A stretch of DNA of 64,000 nucleotides from Cyanophora paradoxa CCMP329 (lineage: Eukaryota; Plantae; Glaucophyta), in the NCBI GenBank assembly GCA_004431415.1, contig QPMI01000534.1, positions 235,099 through 299,098 on the forward strand. Reading direction: 5' to 3'. The translations under genes were made by a program, and so were the position numbers. The notes below the pieces were generated by a model. The model was not told the origin of the DNA. It was given only the letters and a program-made list of their open reading frames with translations, and ran no database searches. This document shows positions 50,432 through 63,000 of the stretch, piece after piece. Numbering within the stretch: position 1 is the first letter of the stretch; every line of letters starts with the position of its first letter.

Positions 50432-52350
50432 ATGCGGGCAGTGAAGAAGCTCATCACGTCCATGAAGATGAAGGAGGGCGGCGGGTTCATCGTGAGGCGG
50501 CCCGTCGGCTCGGGCGGGCTGTCGTCCGTCGATCCGCTCCTGATGCTCGGTGCGCGTTTGCGTTTACAACGTACACCTGTGCCTGACCGCTCCTGCAGAT
50601 CACATGGTTCGCCGGCCCGTTTGAGCCGTCCGGCGCCGCCTGCGCGCTCCGACGCATTCCGCCGCTTGCAGGGTCCGGTGGAATATGGACCTGGCGAAGC
50701 CGTTGGCGCCCCCGACCAGTGCGCAAGCGCCGCCCTCGCCGCGCCCGATGCGACGACGTAATATGACGTCGACACGAATCGGACTGCGACCCGCCCCCGC
50801 GCAGCCCGCACCGTGGCCAGGAGACTGTTACGTACATTCTGTGAGCATCCGCGAAGCCCGGCGCGCCCCCGCGTCCCGCCGGACTCGAAACCGACGCGAG
50901 GGCCCGCGCCGGGCGGCGGCGCGCGCGCGCGCAGAGAGGGCGAGCTGCAGCACAAGGACTCCGCCGGCCACACGGGCGTCCTGCAGAGCGGCGACGTGCA
51001 GTGGATGACCGCCGGCCGCGGCGTCGTCCACTCCGAGGTTCCTTCCTTTCGCCCCCTCTTCCTTTCTATGCTCCTAGAGCTCAAGCCGCGACAGATGCCC
51101 TCGGATCGAATCATACGCGAGGGCGGCCGCATCGAGGGCTTCCAGGTCCGCGCCGGATTCGAACCCGCGCTCCGGTCCCCGCCAAATTCGCCGAGCCGCC
51201 GCGCCGCAGCTCTGGGTCAACCTGCCCCGCGTGGACAAGATGATGCCCCCCCGCTACCAGGTGCACATCGACATCAGCCTCCGCCCCTTCTTCCTTCTTT
51301 TGAGCATGTACCCCTCATACAGGACATCCGGGCCTCGTCGATCCCCACGGCGACGTCTCCGGACGGGAAAGTGACGGTGCGGCCCCGTACCCCCCCCTCA
51401 CCCCCCCGCCCCCTTGACAGACACTTATCTCAACATCTCCTCAGGTTCGGGTCGTGGCGGGGGAGAGCATGGGCCATAAGGCTGTCATCGACACGCGTAC
51501 CCCCATCATGTGCGCTGCAGCTCCAGGGGCCGCGCCCCGTAATCGTACCCGTGCTCGTCGGTGACCCGTACCCCGCAGGTACCTCGACATTGCACTCGGT
51601 ACCCCCAAGCCCCCGCCCCCTGCCGCTCTGTTCCCCGCCGATCCGCTCGAATCCCCCCGCAGCGCCTGGGGCAGAATTCACGCAGCCGGTACCCCCCGAC
51701 TTCAACGCGTGTGCACCCCCCCTGCCCCAGGAATCCACCCGCGCGGATTCGAACCCGCGCAGCTTCGCGTACGTCTTCCGGGGGGCGGCCCTCTTCGGTC
51801 CGGCCGGCCAGGCGAGCGAGCCCCTACCCCCGCACCGGAAACTGTACCCCCACACCCACCCCTAATCGTGTACCCCCAGGAGCGGGAGGCGAAGGAGAGC
51901 GATGCCGTGGAGCTGGGGCCGGGCGACTCTCTCCGCATGCTCGGCGGCGACCAGGCGCGCGTACCCCCCTTCATCTTCCCGCCTTCCTCTCCTGAGCGTG
52001 TACCCCCCTTCCAGGGCGCACGGCTGCTGCTCATCGGGGGCCGGCCCATCAACGAGCCCGTCGTCTGGCATGGGCGCGTACCCCCCTTGAAGCAAGTGCC
52101 GCTCGCGTACCCCCTCCTAACGGACGCGCAGGCCCTTCGTGATGAACGCGCGGGAGGAGATCGAGCAGGCCATGCAGGTCACCGCGTACCCGCCTCTCCA
52201 CACGTGCCCCCCTTAAGACGCATCGTACCTCCCCTGCAGGACTACCGAGCTGGGCGGCTGGGGGCGATCGAGGGGGCGGAGGAGCGGTACCGGCAGACGG
52301 AGGCGGCTCGGGCGCGGGCCGCCGCCTCCGACAAGCTCTCTACTCACTAG
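50432..52350 (+). CDS. Pirin family protein (about 16 exons)
   Basis: [15 protein letters not shown]|[22 protein letters not shown]...[32 protein letters not shown]|PFVMN; stop TAG 52350. Confidence 0.92.
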
Positions 52351-52650
52351 CTAGCTGTAGCTCTAGCCGGCCAGGCCTACGTATACCGGTCCGGCAGGCC
52401 TAGGGGCCGGCCGCGTTCGAGTTCGCGAGCTCGCGGCGACTTGCGCCGAGTCGCGCGCGCGCCGGCGAGGCGAACGATCCCTCGAGCTCGCGCCCTCGTG
52501 CCACGGTGAACGCGACAGGCACCTTAAGCTTAAAGCTTGCCGGCGCCGCTCCGACTCAGGGCCGAGGCTCATGAACGTAGTATACGCCTCGGAGCCTAGT
52601 ATACGTAGCCTCGTACGCGTACAACGGTACTAGCTAATACCGTAGTACTA

Positions 52651-52888
52651 CTGTAGGAATGCTTAAATTGGCGCGTAGTCAAATTGCCGAATTCGACCAA
52701 AACCGGAATTGCCGTGGCGATAAATTAAATATTGCCGAAACTCTGGATTTCTTCTATGGCGCCATACAAAATCGGTCGTTTAGCCCTACCCCCTGAGAAT
52801 TGCCGTGGCTTAAAATTGCCAAATTCGGCCTCTCGGCAATATACGTATACGGCAATTTAAAACATCGGCTAAAAAAGCAATCCTACAG
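52651..52888. mobile_element. TA-flanked MITE (238 bp)
   Basis: TIR CTGTAGGAATGCTT / AAGCAATCCTACAG (1 mismatch); TA on both sides; internal ATTGCCG repeats. Confidence 0.75.
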
Positions 52889-52953
52889 TACTAGGCTATG
52901 CCATGATGATATGTACCGTACGCGTACTACGGTAGCCTAGGCCTCGGTAGCTA

Positions 52954-53212
52954 CCGTGTAAGACTTAAATACCGCGTCACAAATTAATTAGCGCGTTCCA
53001 AAAATTTGGGCCCGATTTGCGCTTTACTAATTAAAGTTACCGCGCTACCAAATTACCGCGCCGCGGGCCCGCGGCGTTCCATGATGAACTTCCATCGTCT
53101 TCGAAAATGTATTATTTGTTAGCAAAGGGGGTAATTCTGCGCTACCAAATTACTGCGTTCTAAAAATTTTGAGCGCAGTAATTTGGTAGCGCAGTAGTTA
53201 AGTCTAGGGCGG
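52954..53212. mobile_element. Probable degenerate MITE
   Basis: AGACTTAAATACCGCG (52961) inverted to CGCAGTAGTTAAGTCT (53190), 14/16 match; internal CTACCAAATTAC repeats; right TSD not clear. Confidence 0.5.
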
Positions 53213-55178
53213 GGGGAGTCCTGAACGAACATACAGTAGTTCGAACGAACCTGAACGAACAGCCATTTTGCTGAACTGAACGAACATGAACAAAGCGGCC
53301 GCTGTTCACTGAACAGGGGAAGATTACTCTAGCAAAGCGTACGAGTAATCTGCTTTCTTCTAGCGAAGGCCGAGCCGAACGCGAAAGCAGCTTGCACGAG
53401 CCGCGCGCCTGCGCATGCGCATGCTGCTTGCGATCGCGATCATCGGATCGCGATCGGACGCACGGCGTACCCAGATCTGCGAGCCAGGGCGCGGCGGTAC
53501 CCGCATATATATGCATCTGCGATACGGGCTCGCTGTACCCGGGCCACCGGCTCAGTCGTCGGGTACCCGTCGACTGCCCGATTTGCCGGGCGTGTTGCCG
53601 ACCCTCCCACCATCCCCTACATCACCGAAGCTTTACGTTCGATCGAAGCCCCGCCGAGCATTTACAAGCCCTCGGCCTAGGCCTTGCAATTGACCAGCTA
53701 CTTTTCATGGTCTTGGATCGAATTCGATGTCAGGTTTGCTGCGGCTGGCAGCTGCAGGCTGCCAGGCTGCCAGCTGCAGGCCTAGGCTGATCACCACGGG
53801 GTTTATTTCTTCCCCTGGTCTATTTTTCATGTACAGCAGTTTATCACTTCACAGGCTTAGCCTAGTAGGAAACGCGTTTCCTTAGGTTGCTCAGCATCAC
53901 TAGCTATAGTTTTCAACCTTAGTTCCTTTCATTCCGCCGTCCGAGATCTAGAGAGGTTGTTTTCCGGTTGTGACCTTCCCACACAGCGCTTCAAAAGAAT
54001 TTATTAGCGCCAAGTCGAAATTCATTTATTCCCCCCCCAAAAGGGGTACGCTAGAGTCTAAGCGCTAGCCTCAGCGTTAAGGCATGGCGACGGCGACCTC
54101 CACCCCATCACCTCTAGCTCTGGCAGCGAGCAGTATTGCCTAGCTAACATCGATTGGATGGGTCCTCGCCACCTGAGGCCGCCCGGATCGCCCGCCCGCC
54201 CAGGAATCGGCTTCTGAGCGGCCTGACGCCAGCGGCGCATCCGACGTATCCACCGACTAGCCGGCATGGCGAACGCTCTTTCCGATTAGGGCGAGATCGG
54301 CGCGCTGTAGCTAGAACGGCTGTCTCACGCACCACTTTTTGAACCTTGGTCACTGGGGGAGCGGGGACATGGAAATCCGGCAATGTACAGCGCTCTAGCT
54401 ATCGCTTTTGACGCGTTCGCACTCGGTCGAAGCGCGCTAGCTAGCCGGGATGGTTGTACGACTTCACGCCATAGTAGCCCGGATTCTCCCCCCCCCCTCG
54501 ACTTGGCGGAAAAATATTCTTTTGAAGCGCTGTGCCAGGGCCCGGAAGCTACGGCTTCACGCCTTCCGCGGGCCTAAGCGCAAGCTTTTGGCTGTTCATG
54601 CGGGGGTTTATCTGCTACGTATACGGCGGATCTTTATTTTCCAGTTGGCTCAAGAAGCTGTACCCCCCTCGAAATCGCTTACCCCCTGCGGGCGCGATAT
54701 GAGTACCCGGGCAGCAAATGCGTACCCCCCGGCACACGGGGAGTGAAGAGATATCCTCCCCAACCACGCCCACGAGGCAATGAGTGGTCTACCTTTTCGG
54801 GCCCTAGGCCTGGGCCCTCTCGGCGGCCCCTCCTTTGGCGCTGCGCGCCCTTGGGACGCGGCCCAATTGCAATGAGGTGCCCCGCACGGCCGCGGGGCTC
54901 TACTTGCTGCCGGCCGGACCACCGCGGGGCGGCCGGTTCTCTTCTTACCCCCTCATCCTTCGAATTCCTTGCGGCGGCCAGAGGCCGGCACGCTGCGGAC
55001 GCGTTTGGCTGCGGCCGTAAGCGTGGAAGAACAACTTGTCAGCAAGGGGGCCCCCGGGGCCCCGGTTTCGGGCGATTTTCGGCACCGAAATTGACACCGA
55101 ATTCGAAACCGTCGGAAACAGGCCTAGGCCTAGGTGATTTTGGGCACGGAAATTAAACCGTCGGAAACCTGTTCAAGG

Positions 55179-55366
55179 TAGAGATGGGGCTCGAGCCGGG
55201 CCGGCTCGAGCCGAGCCGAGCCGAGCCGGGGGGGCGGACCGGCTCGAGCCGGACTCGGTCGGCTCGAGCCCACGGCGAGCCAAGCCGCTCGAGGGCTACA
55301 GCGCGGCCGGCTCGAGCCGGGTCGAATTTTGTTAGGGGCGAGCCGGCGAGCCGGCGCGCCGGCTAG
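55179..55366 (+). repeat. hAT-like terminus with GAGCC/GGCTC subterminal repeat array (partner end not found)
   Basis: Begins TAGAGATGG, followed by many GGCTCGAGCC/GAGCCG copies in both orientations. Confidence 0.5.
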
Positions 55367-55828
55367 ATTATATTCCTAGTCCTGGAATATTCGCCAACGG
55401 CTCAATTTATATATACGTGGGCGTCGACCTGGAATCCGCGAACCGCCAGCTCTCGAGCTTTATGAATCCATTGTTAACCCTCGGAGGTTTGCGTGAGTCA
55501 CGCATCACGGAGATTTGAGTGTTATATTGCGATCTCGTACACCCGACACTAACAGGGGGGGCTAGCACTAACCCACGCGGGGCAGTAACAGTCAGCGTAC
55601 CCCTCGCGCGGACACCAACAAGCACAGCTGCTGACAGACTGCCTTACCCCTCTGGGGCCCCGCGGGGCTAACTCCACTGGGGTGCTAACTAAGTGCTGTA
55701 CCCCTCTCGGGCCAGCTTCTGATTCGGCCCAACATTTTCTGAGCCTAGGGCAAAGTGAGCTTAGCTTGAAGCAGCACGTCAAGTGCGGCAGCGCTAGCCC
55801 AGTAGTAGCCAGCGGCATCATTTGCAAT

Positions 55829-56436
55829 ATGTCTGGATCATTTGATTGGAATGCAGCTTTTATCTTCGCCCTTCTCCCAAACGGGGGCTACACGAGCTTT
55901 ACAGTAGACAAGCGACGGGCACCAGCGCTCTGGATGTACCAATGGCAAGTAGCCTCTGCGGATGGACAGAGCTGGCCGTACACAGTATTGCCAGACGGGA
56001 AGGTGGCCTACGCTCATCATTTTCTATTCGGGTACCCCCTCGGCCTGCCCAACGACGACTGCGCGTCGACAGCATCAGCGGGTGCAAGCTGGACCTGCGC
56101 AGGGAGAATCTACGGCTCATGGACTGCGGAGGTCGGCTTGGGGCGGTTCCTGTGGCAGGCGACAAGCTTCCAAGCAACAAAGGCAAGTGTCTGACAAAGA
56201 GGAGGAAGCGAGCCTACGAACAGAGCCAAGTCCAAGCAATGATTGACGAGCTGTCTGCAGAATCAAAGGAAAGCCGCTACTGGCGCGTCTCTTTTCGCCC
56301 AGGCCAACCGGCAGTGATAGAGTACGGCCTTGCCGCTCATGATGCGATAGCAAAGGCGCGCAAGATAGCTGAAGCAAAGGATGTGCACTCTGTAAGTCGC
56401 CCAGCTGCAGCTGTACATGTTGTGTCCACCTCATGA
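55829..56436 (+). pseudogene. Degenerate HNH_3-type endonuclease-like gene, frameshift near 56056
   Basis: FTVDKRRAPALWMYQW...YAHHFLFGYP in one frame, continuing in another frame as LRVDSISGCKLDLRRENLRL (cf. VDHINGxKLDNRRENLR). Confidence 0.65.
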
Positions 56437-56655
56437 AAAGTTCTAATAGAAGTTTCCAAGAGGTGGTCACATCCCGCAAGTCTGCAGAGCTCGAGCTCTT
56501 GCCTGTACCCCGGTCCTCTAGATGCCATGATATTGAGTACCCCTAGCAGGGCTGTGATCCCCCAACCCCTCCTGCCCGCCAGGCCGTCGGTTGTGCTGCA
56601 CTCGACTTTTTCTGAAGCACTCATGCATATCAACTGCGAAATCAAAACGAACATT

Positions 56656-59600
56656 ATGCACGTCAACTTGCTAGACGAGCTGCCCTTCGCCGAGGAGGCA
56701 GATCTAGATGCCGAGGAAGAGGATCTCTTTGCATGCTTCCCGTTCGTCTCGGTCTCCAAGGCCTGGTCGCCTGCGATGGGGGTGGTCTACGCTTTGAGCC
56801 TCGCCCCGGGCGTGAATCCTTGCCAGGTCGCGCCCGGCGAGTCGGCTTGCGATGCCGCGAAGGCTGTCGTGGGCAGGACGGGGGCGTCAGCTTCTCCGCG
56901 AGCTGGAGGATGGACAGAGCGCGCACTTCGTTCTGCAGGGCGCCGAGGCCTCCACCATCTTCTCTTGGCTCTTCGGCGGCCTCGCGCCTGGGTCGGAGCT
57001 CCGCCTCTGCATCGAGCCTGACGGGGGGTAAGCCTGCGCCGAGCTAAAGGGGCTCCCGCTGTAGGCTTGCCTGCAAACTTCTTGGAAGATCTGCCCGCGG
57101 ACTTCTTTGACGACTTGCCCGAAGAAGGGACGGAGGCGGCGGGCCAGCGGAGAGGGACCGATGGAGGGACAGAGGAACAAGGCGCCGGTGAGAGGGGTAC
57201 AGAGCAGGCCGCTGGGTACAGGTCGCTGGAGACCAAGCCGCGGGCGAGATCCTCAAGCGGGCCCTCGCTCTCCTGCGGGGCAGCATGTCGGTTCGGGGCG
57301 AGCTGGAGAGGGCGGGGACGCGCTCGGGGTGCACCTGCGCCTGGAGTCGTCGAGGGTGCTGCAGGCGAGGACGGAGCCCGACGGGTCGCTGGCCTTCGAG
57401 CTCGAGGTGGAGGCGCGTCCGAACTCCCGCCTGGAGGTCCAGATCTGGAACTTCAGCCTGCAGGCGAGGCTCTCAGATGGAGGCGGCGGCGCCAAGACGA
57501 AATCCTACGCAACGGACCTTCGGCGCGGCGTCTCCCTTGACACCGCCCTCCCGTCCCTCCTCCTCGCCCTGCGATCCGTCGGCCATGCTCCATTTGCGGC
57601 GAGGGAGGTGGACGAGCGGTACCTGAGCCGCGAGCTGCTGGAATCGACCTTTGGCGAACTGAAGCCCGATCCCGGGGCGCCCCGCCGGATCGACGTGATC
57701 TGCAGCGGGCTCAACACCGGCAAGACGAAGGCGCTGATTGAAGCCTACGTCCGCCCGGCGCTCGAGTTGAAGCGCAAAATCCTCGTGCTCACCTGCCGTC
57801 GGGCCTTCTCTCGCGACCTCAAGCGCCGCCTCGACGAAGCCTCCCTCCCCTCGGTCGCCGTGCTCTACTCGGACGTCTGGCGCCCCAAGGACCCCGAGAG
57901 CGCTCACGGGACGTGGGGCTTCCGCGATCCGAGGATACAGGTCGTCATCTGCACGATCGATTCGGCTCACAAGGTGCAGGACGACTGGCAGGGGCTCGAG
58001 GACCTGGGCGAGGGCGGCGGCGGGCGCCTCCTGGTCGTGCTCGACGAGCTCTCCTCCCTCACGCGACACTTCACCTTGAGCTCGACCTTGGAGCCCGTGG
58101 CCGGTGGGCTGGGGGCGCGGAGCCTCCCCCGCAACCTGCGTTGCGCCCGTCTCTGGCGGGGAATCGAGGGCGCACAGGAAATCGTCGCGCTGGACGGCTA
58201 CGTGAGGCCCACGGACCTCGCTTTCCTTGGCAAGTCGGCGGCAGCAACGGGGGCTCGGCTCGCCCTCCTATTCAACCATCGGCGGACCTGCGACTGGCGG
58301 ATGCGCCTGTCAGACAGCCCCACCGCCGTCGAGCGTGACCTGATGTCAAGGTGCCGCCCCGGCGGCCTGCGCGCCATGATCATCGTCGAGACAGCAGGCC
58401 GGGCGCAGGCATTGGCAAGCGCACTTAGGAAGCAGGCCGCCGAGATCTTGGAGCGAGATCCAGCCTGCGCCCCCGGGCCCTTCACAATTGGAATTGTCAT
58501 AGGGCAGGCTAGAGATAAACAGTTCGATTACAGTGACGACGGCAGGGTCCACGTGAAGAAGCTCGATCTGGCCGAGGAGGGCGGCTACAAGACCTGCGAC
58601 GCGGTCATTGCGACGTCGGCCTTGGGGGCGGGCGTAGACTTCTCGGATGCGCACTTCGACAAGATCTACGGAATCTTCGACGCCAAGATGCCCCTACTGG
58701 AGGCCGACGACATCGTACAGCTGCTGTTTCGAGTGAGGCGGCTGCGGGGCCAGGGCGAAGGGACAGGGGTAAAGGGAAGCGAGCACCTGCTGCTGTCCGT
58801 TCGGCGGTGCAGCGTGACGCCCGTTCGCGCCTCTGATGCTGCACGGCACTGGCGCGAGTCAGGCGACACCCCCAACGGCCCCGGCCTCCCCACCGAGGCG
58901 CCGGCAGTGGAGACGTACCTGGATCTGAAAGCCGAGCACAACGGAGACAGGCGCGCCTCCATGCCCTCCAGGCACCTGAGCGTTGCCGCCCGGCTCCGCC
59001 AGCTCTCCATCCGTCCTTCTGAGAACCTGTGGACGACCGCAGATCAGGGCAAGCCCTCGGCGAGGAAAGAGCAAGAGCGACGGAAAATGGAGATCGACTG
59101 GGTGCACAAGGCTGCACCGATGGACGTGCCGCAGATCCTGGCCCTTGCCGAGTCCTGGGATGGCTCACTGGAGAGCACAGCGTTCGAGACCGTCCTCTCG
59201 CTGGCGCGGCAGTCAATTGCGGATTTCATGGTGCTAGACCTGGCGACGCTCACTGCGGGGGACGTCGAGTGGATGTGGGAGTCACGCTACTCTCTTGGCC
59301 GCAAGGCGACGGCGAGCCTTGTGCTCCTGGACAGTCAGAGCATCGAAGAAATCGAGCCGCCGAGCGAGCGGCTTTACCTTTCGAAGCTCGTGGCCGTATT
59401 CAGGGCGATTGGCTGGACGGGCGAGGGTGACCGAGCAAAGGACGTCCTATGGGTCGATAAGCTGTGTCGGGGCTTGGCGTCGGAGCAAGGCCGAGCGGCT
59501 TACCGCGAGCTGCAGAGTCTGGACCCGAAGTGCCCGCCCTTCGATCCCGCTAGGTACAAGTCAGAAAGGGCCGTCGCAATGCAGGCCCGCCGAGTGGCAA

Positions 59601-59875
59601 GGTACCTGTTCGAGACGTGCAGGGGTGTCAGGAAGGTCTCAAGCGTGCGTGATGGAGGAGCGATGCAGAACAGAAAGCGCAAGTACCTAGCATGCGAGGG
59701 GGATCCGATGAGCGATGTGCTGGGCAGACAGGCGGGCTCAGCGGCGCAAACGTCAGTCCTTCACTATGCAGACGCGTACCGGGTTTTCGTGAAGTGCTAC
59801 GATCTCATACGCCTGCGCTCGGAGGTGGCACTTGCTGGCACAGTTAGAACGAGCGCAATGGAGGTAGGCAAGTGA
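56656..59875 (+). CDS. Herpesvirus UL9-like origin-binding SF2 helicase
   Basis: CSGLNTGKT, VLTCRRAFSRDL, VICTIDSAHKV, VVLDELSSL, IVALDG, ATSALGAGVDFSDAHFDKIYGIF and IVQLLFRVRRL correspond to UL9-family motifs I-VI in an uninterrupted ORF from ~57320. The N-terminal part needs one intron (~57028-57064) plus frameshifts at G-runs, so the start is uncertain. Confidence 0.85.
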
Positions 59876-60024
59876 TTAGTGTTCGAGAAACGGTCCAATG
59901 TGTACATCTGACAATTAAGACAAGTGAGAACATCTGAACATCTAAACATTTGCTCTGCGAGTGTGCTGCATTCTGTTACATCTGCACCGTAAGTTACAAG
60001 GCGATACAACGAAATTTGCTTGAC

Positions 60025-63000
60025 CTAGGCCGTCGGGATCTTGGCGCCAAAAGCCCGCCAAACGCGCCCTGTGCTCCCACCCCGCTTCGACCAGACAACG
60101 CCCGCTGCCTCGTAGGCGCCCTTGATCGTCGTGACGCTGGAGTTGAGCACGTACTTCTTTGCAGCGGCGTCGATATCTGCAGCCTTGAAGTAGTTGAGCG
60201 CGCGCAGGTACTGCTTGAAGTGCTCCTGGAGAGCGGGCTGATCTGCCGTGTCACTCGGCTGCCCCGTGGCGATGGTGCCGATCCACTGCAAGCAATTGCA
60301 GAACGTTAGAATGTGAACACAAAATGAGCAAAGGCCGAGAGCGGCACCTTACTCCAGCAGTACTCAATCGATTTGACGGTGCTGTTGCGCTCAGTCGCCT
60401 GCTGCTGTGTGCTGAGGATCTCGCTGCGACGAAGTGCAATATCGGGGCAGTAGAATTGGGAGGCCGACGACAAGGGATCGTAAAGCTTCTGGAGGCCGCC
60501 GCCGTCGATGAAAGAGAGGAGGACGCGACGAGAAATGATCATCTTGGCAAGCGCTACGCCAAGGTTGTAGGGCTGCAGGCAGCTCTCCTTGAAGTTAGAC
60601 TCGGCTTCGACCTGCGGCCAAGCGATCATGATTGAGACCAGCCAGATCGGAAGATCGGAATCACCGGCTTGTTGAAGGGAAGGTACAGAAGTCGGCGGCT
60701 CATGTCGCCCCCGCAGTCCTTGTAGAGGTGCTGAGCAGCGAAAACGTGAGCTCAAAGCCGAGCTTAAAGCCGAGCTCAAAGCCGAGCAAGACACACCTGA
60801 GAGAGGCCCGTGGGGTTGCCAGCCGTCCAGACAACAGCCCGCAGGCAGGCCTTGAGCGGGGGCTTGTTCTTTGCCTCGATGCTGACTGGATCGTGCCCGC
60901 TAATCGTCTTGATCTTCGACTGCAGCGACTGGCAGGGCAAGAGGATGTGAGCTCAAGAATAATAATTGACTCTGGCAAACGGACCTTGAGCTGCGTGGAG
61001 TTGCCAACTTCGTGAATGAAGAGGGCAGAGACAGGCTCGTGGCAGTCGTAGATGCAAGAAAGCATGAACTGCGGCGAGGAGTCCTTCGATGGGGTCTCGC
61101 AGGTGATGAGCTTCTCGACGACCGCCTGCAGTGTGCTCTTGCCGGTGTTGCCGAGCCCCTCGAGGTGCACAATCTTCGAAGGCGCAAAACGTTAGAGAGC
61201 TGAATGGGAGGTCGAATAGAGAGGAAGTTGAATAGAGAGCGGAATAGAGCGCAGCAAGTCAGCGCACCGCGTCCTGCCTGGGATCACTGGCGATGCCGAT
61301 GCCACACACGCCGTAGAAGAAAGTGTCATTGATCCCTTGATCTCGGCAGATCTTGTCCAGCGGGCAGAGCATGGCCATCAAGCTGTTGTAGTCGTACTGA
61401 CAGCCAGTTGCGTCCGCCAAGCAGTTGGGAAAGTAACTGCACGGGCCGCGCGCCCCTCAGAGAGTTAGAGATAAAGGGAGAGAGCAGCCAGCTCACCGAT
61501 AGCCATAGGAGAACGACTCGGAGTTCTCCCACGAGGCCGGAATCTCCATGACAGAGGGAGGGTTCGCGCCGTTGTAGCGGTAGAGCACTCCGGGATCGCG
61601 GATGTTCACTGCGACGTCGTCGAAGCTGACAATGAGATCGGTGGTCTTGACCTGCTTAACCCAAGCGGGGTCATGCAGGATGGAGGCGACGATCTTGTCG
61701 AGCAGCTCGGCGCGGCTGGAAGCAAACACGTCTGACTTGCTGCGGCTGGATGACATGATGCGGGGCCGCTTGGGCTCGTGCTCGCGTGCGTCTTCATCCT
61801 CCTTGATGGCGAATGCAATCCGGTCGAGAATACGGTTGGCGTACGCTCGGACTGTTGCGTGGCCCTTGAGGCCGTTGAAGGGCGTGTAGCTGTACGTCGG
61901 GCGCCGATCGGATGTGAAAGCAAGTTGCTGGGCGAAAGGAGGGAGCTCGCAGTCAGATGGTATCAAGGAGAATCGGTGGATTGCAATGAGACCTAGAGCT
62001 CACCAAAAGCTCGCCCCGGCGGGGATCGAATGCCATGAACTCGTCGTCCAACTGCTGACGCACCGCTGCCAGGACGCCAGTCTTGATGGACCACTCGGCA
62101 AGAAGGGCATCCGTGGCCTCCGGTGAAAGCGGCTCAACGGGCGGGGCCTCTGCGATGTTTGAGATTGCACCCTAGGAGAAGGAAACGAAAATCAGTCGTA
62201 GTCTTGAGAGGCGGGCGCAAGTCTAGAGAGGCCGCTTTAGAAAACTGGGGCGAGAGAAGGCGGAGCAGACCTGGGATGAGGCGCCCAGCAAGACTGCGGG
62301 GTCGAAGCACGCAGCCCAGTCCATCAGTGCATGCTCACAGGCCTCCTTCGGGCAGACATCTTCGATGCGATACTTCGAAGACACCCCGTTGGGCTTGGCG
62401 GCGAGGAGGAGAGTGAAGCGCTTCGGCTGGCGGTAGCTGAATGCCACGTTGATGATGACTTCGTATGAACGCTCGTTCTCATCTGCGGCACAGGTGCCAG
62501 TGAGATTGAGAGCAAGTTCATGCAAGGGATAATCTAGATAGAGACGAGAAAGACAAAGCTGCGCGCATACCAAGTACATCCATGGTCGTCTTGAACTTGA
62601 GCATCGAGATGCCAACGGTCGCCTGGGGGCGGCGGACACACTGGCCCCTAGTGGACTCGATGGCATGCAAGCGGACGGGCCCAGAGGCGAAGTCGCAGGT
62701 GCTGTTCGGACGCGAGAGGTGCATCGTGAGGACCTTCTCCGTCAGGGCGACCGCCTGCTTCAGGCCGTTCACGGCGTACAAGGGCTCCCAAGCCTGCGCA
62801 CGGGCCAGAAGTGAGCCGCCGGCGCATGAATGAAAAGAAGGGAAAAGGGAGAGAAAGAGGGGAAAGCGAGCGCGCAGTCTGAAAGTGCGCACGGGCTCGT
62901 CTGAATCCGGCTCATTCGCTGCAGGGGCCGCGGGCTTCCCTGGCAGCGAGGGCTCCGAGGGCGACGGGGACGAGATCACGGCGGGCGACGAGGTCGGGCG

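Noticed and set aside
53800-55050. Possible transposase, Fanzor/TnpB, integrase or capsid gene for the right-hand element
   Set aside because: No DDE, RuvC, tyrosine-recombinase or capsid-like motif is recognisable in any frame by eye.
60748-60790. 12-bp tandem repeat GAGCTCAAAGCC
   Set aside because: Lies within a D5-gene intron; an ordinary minisatellite.
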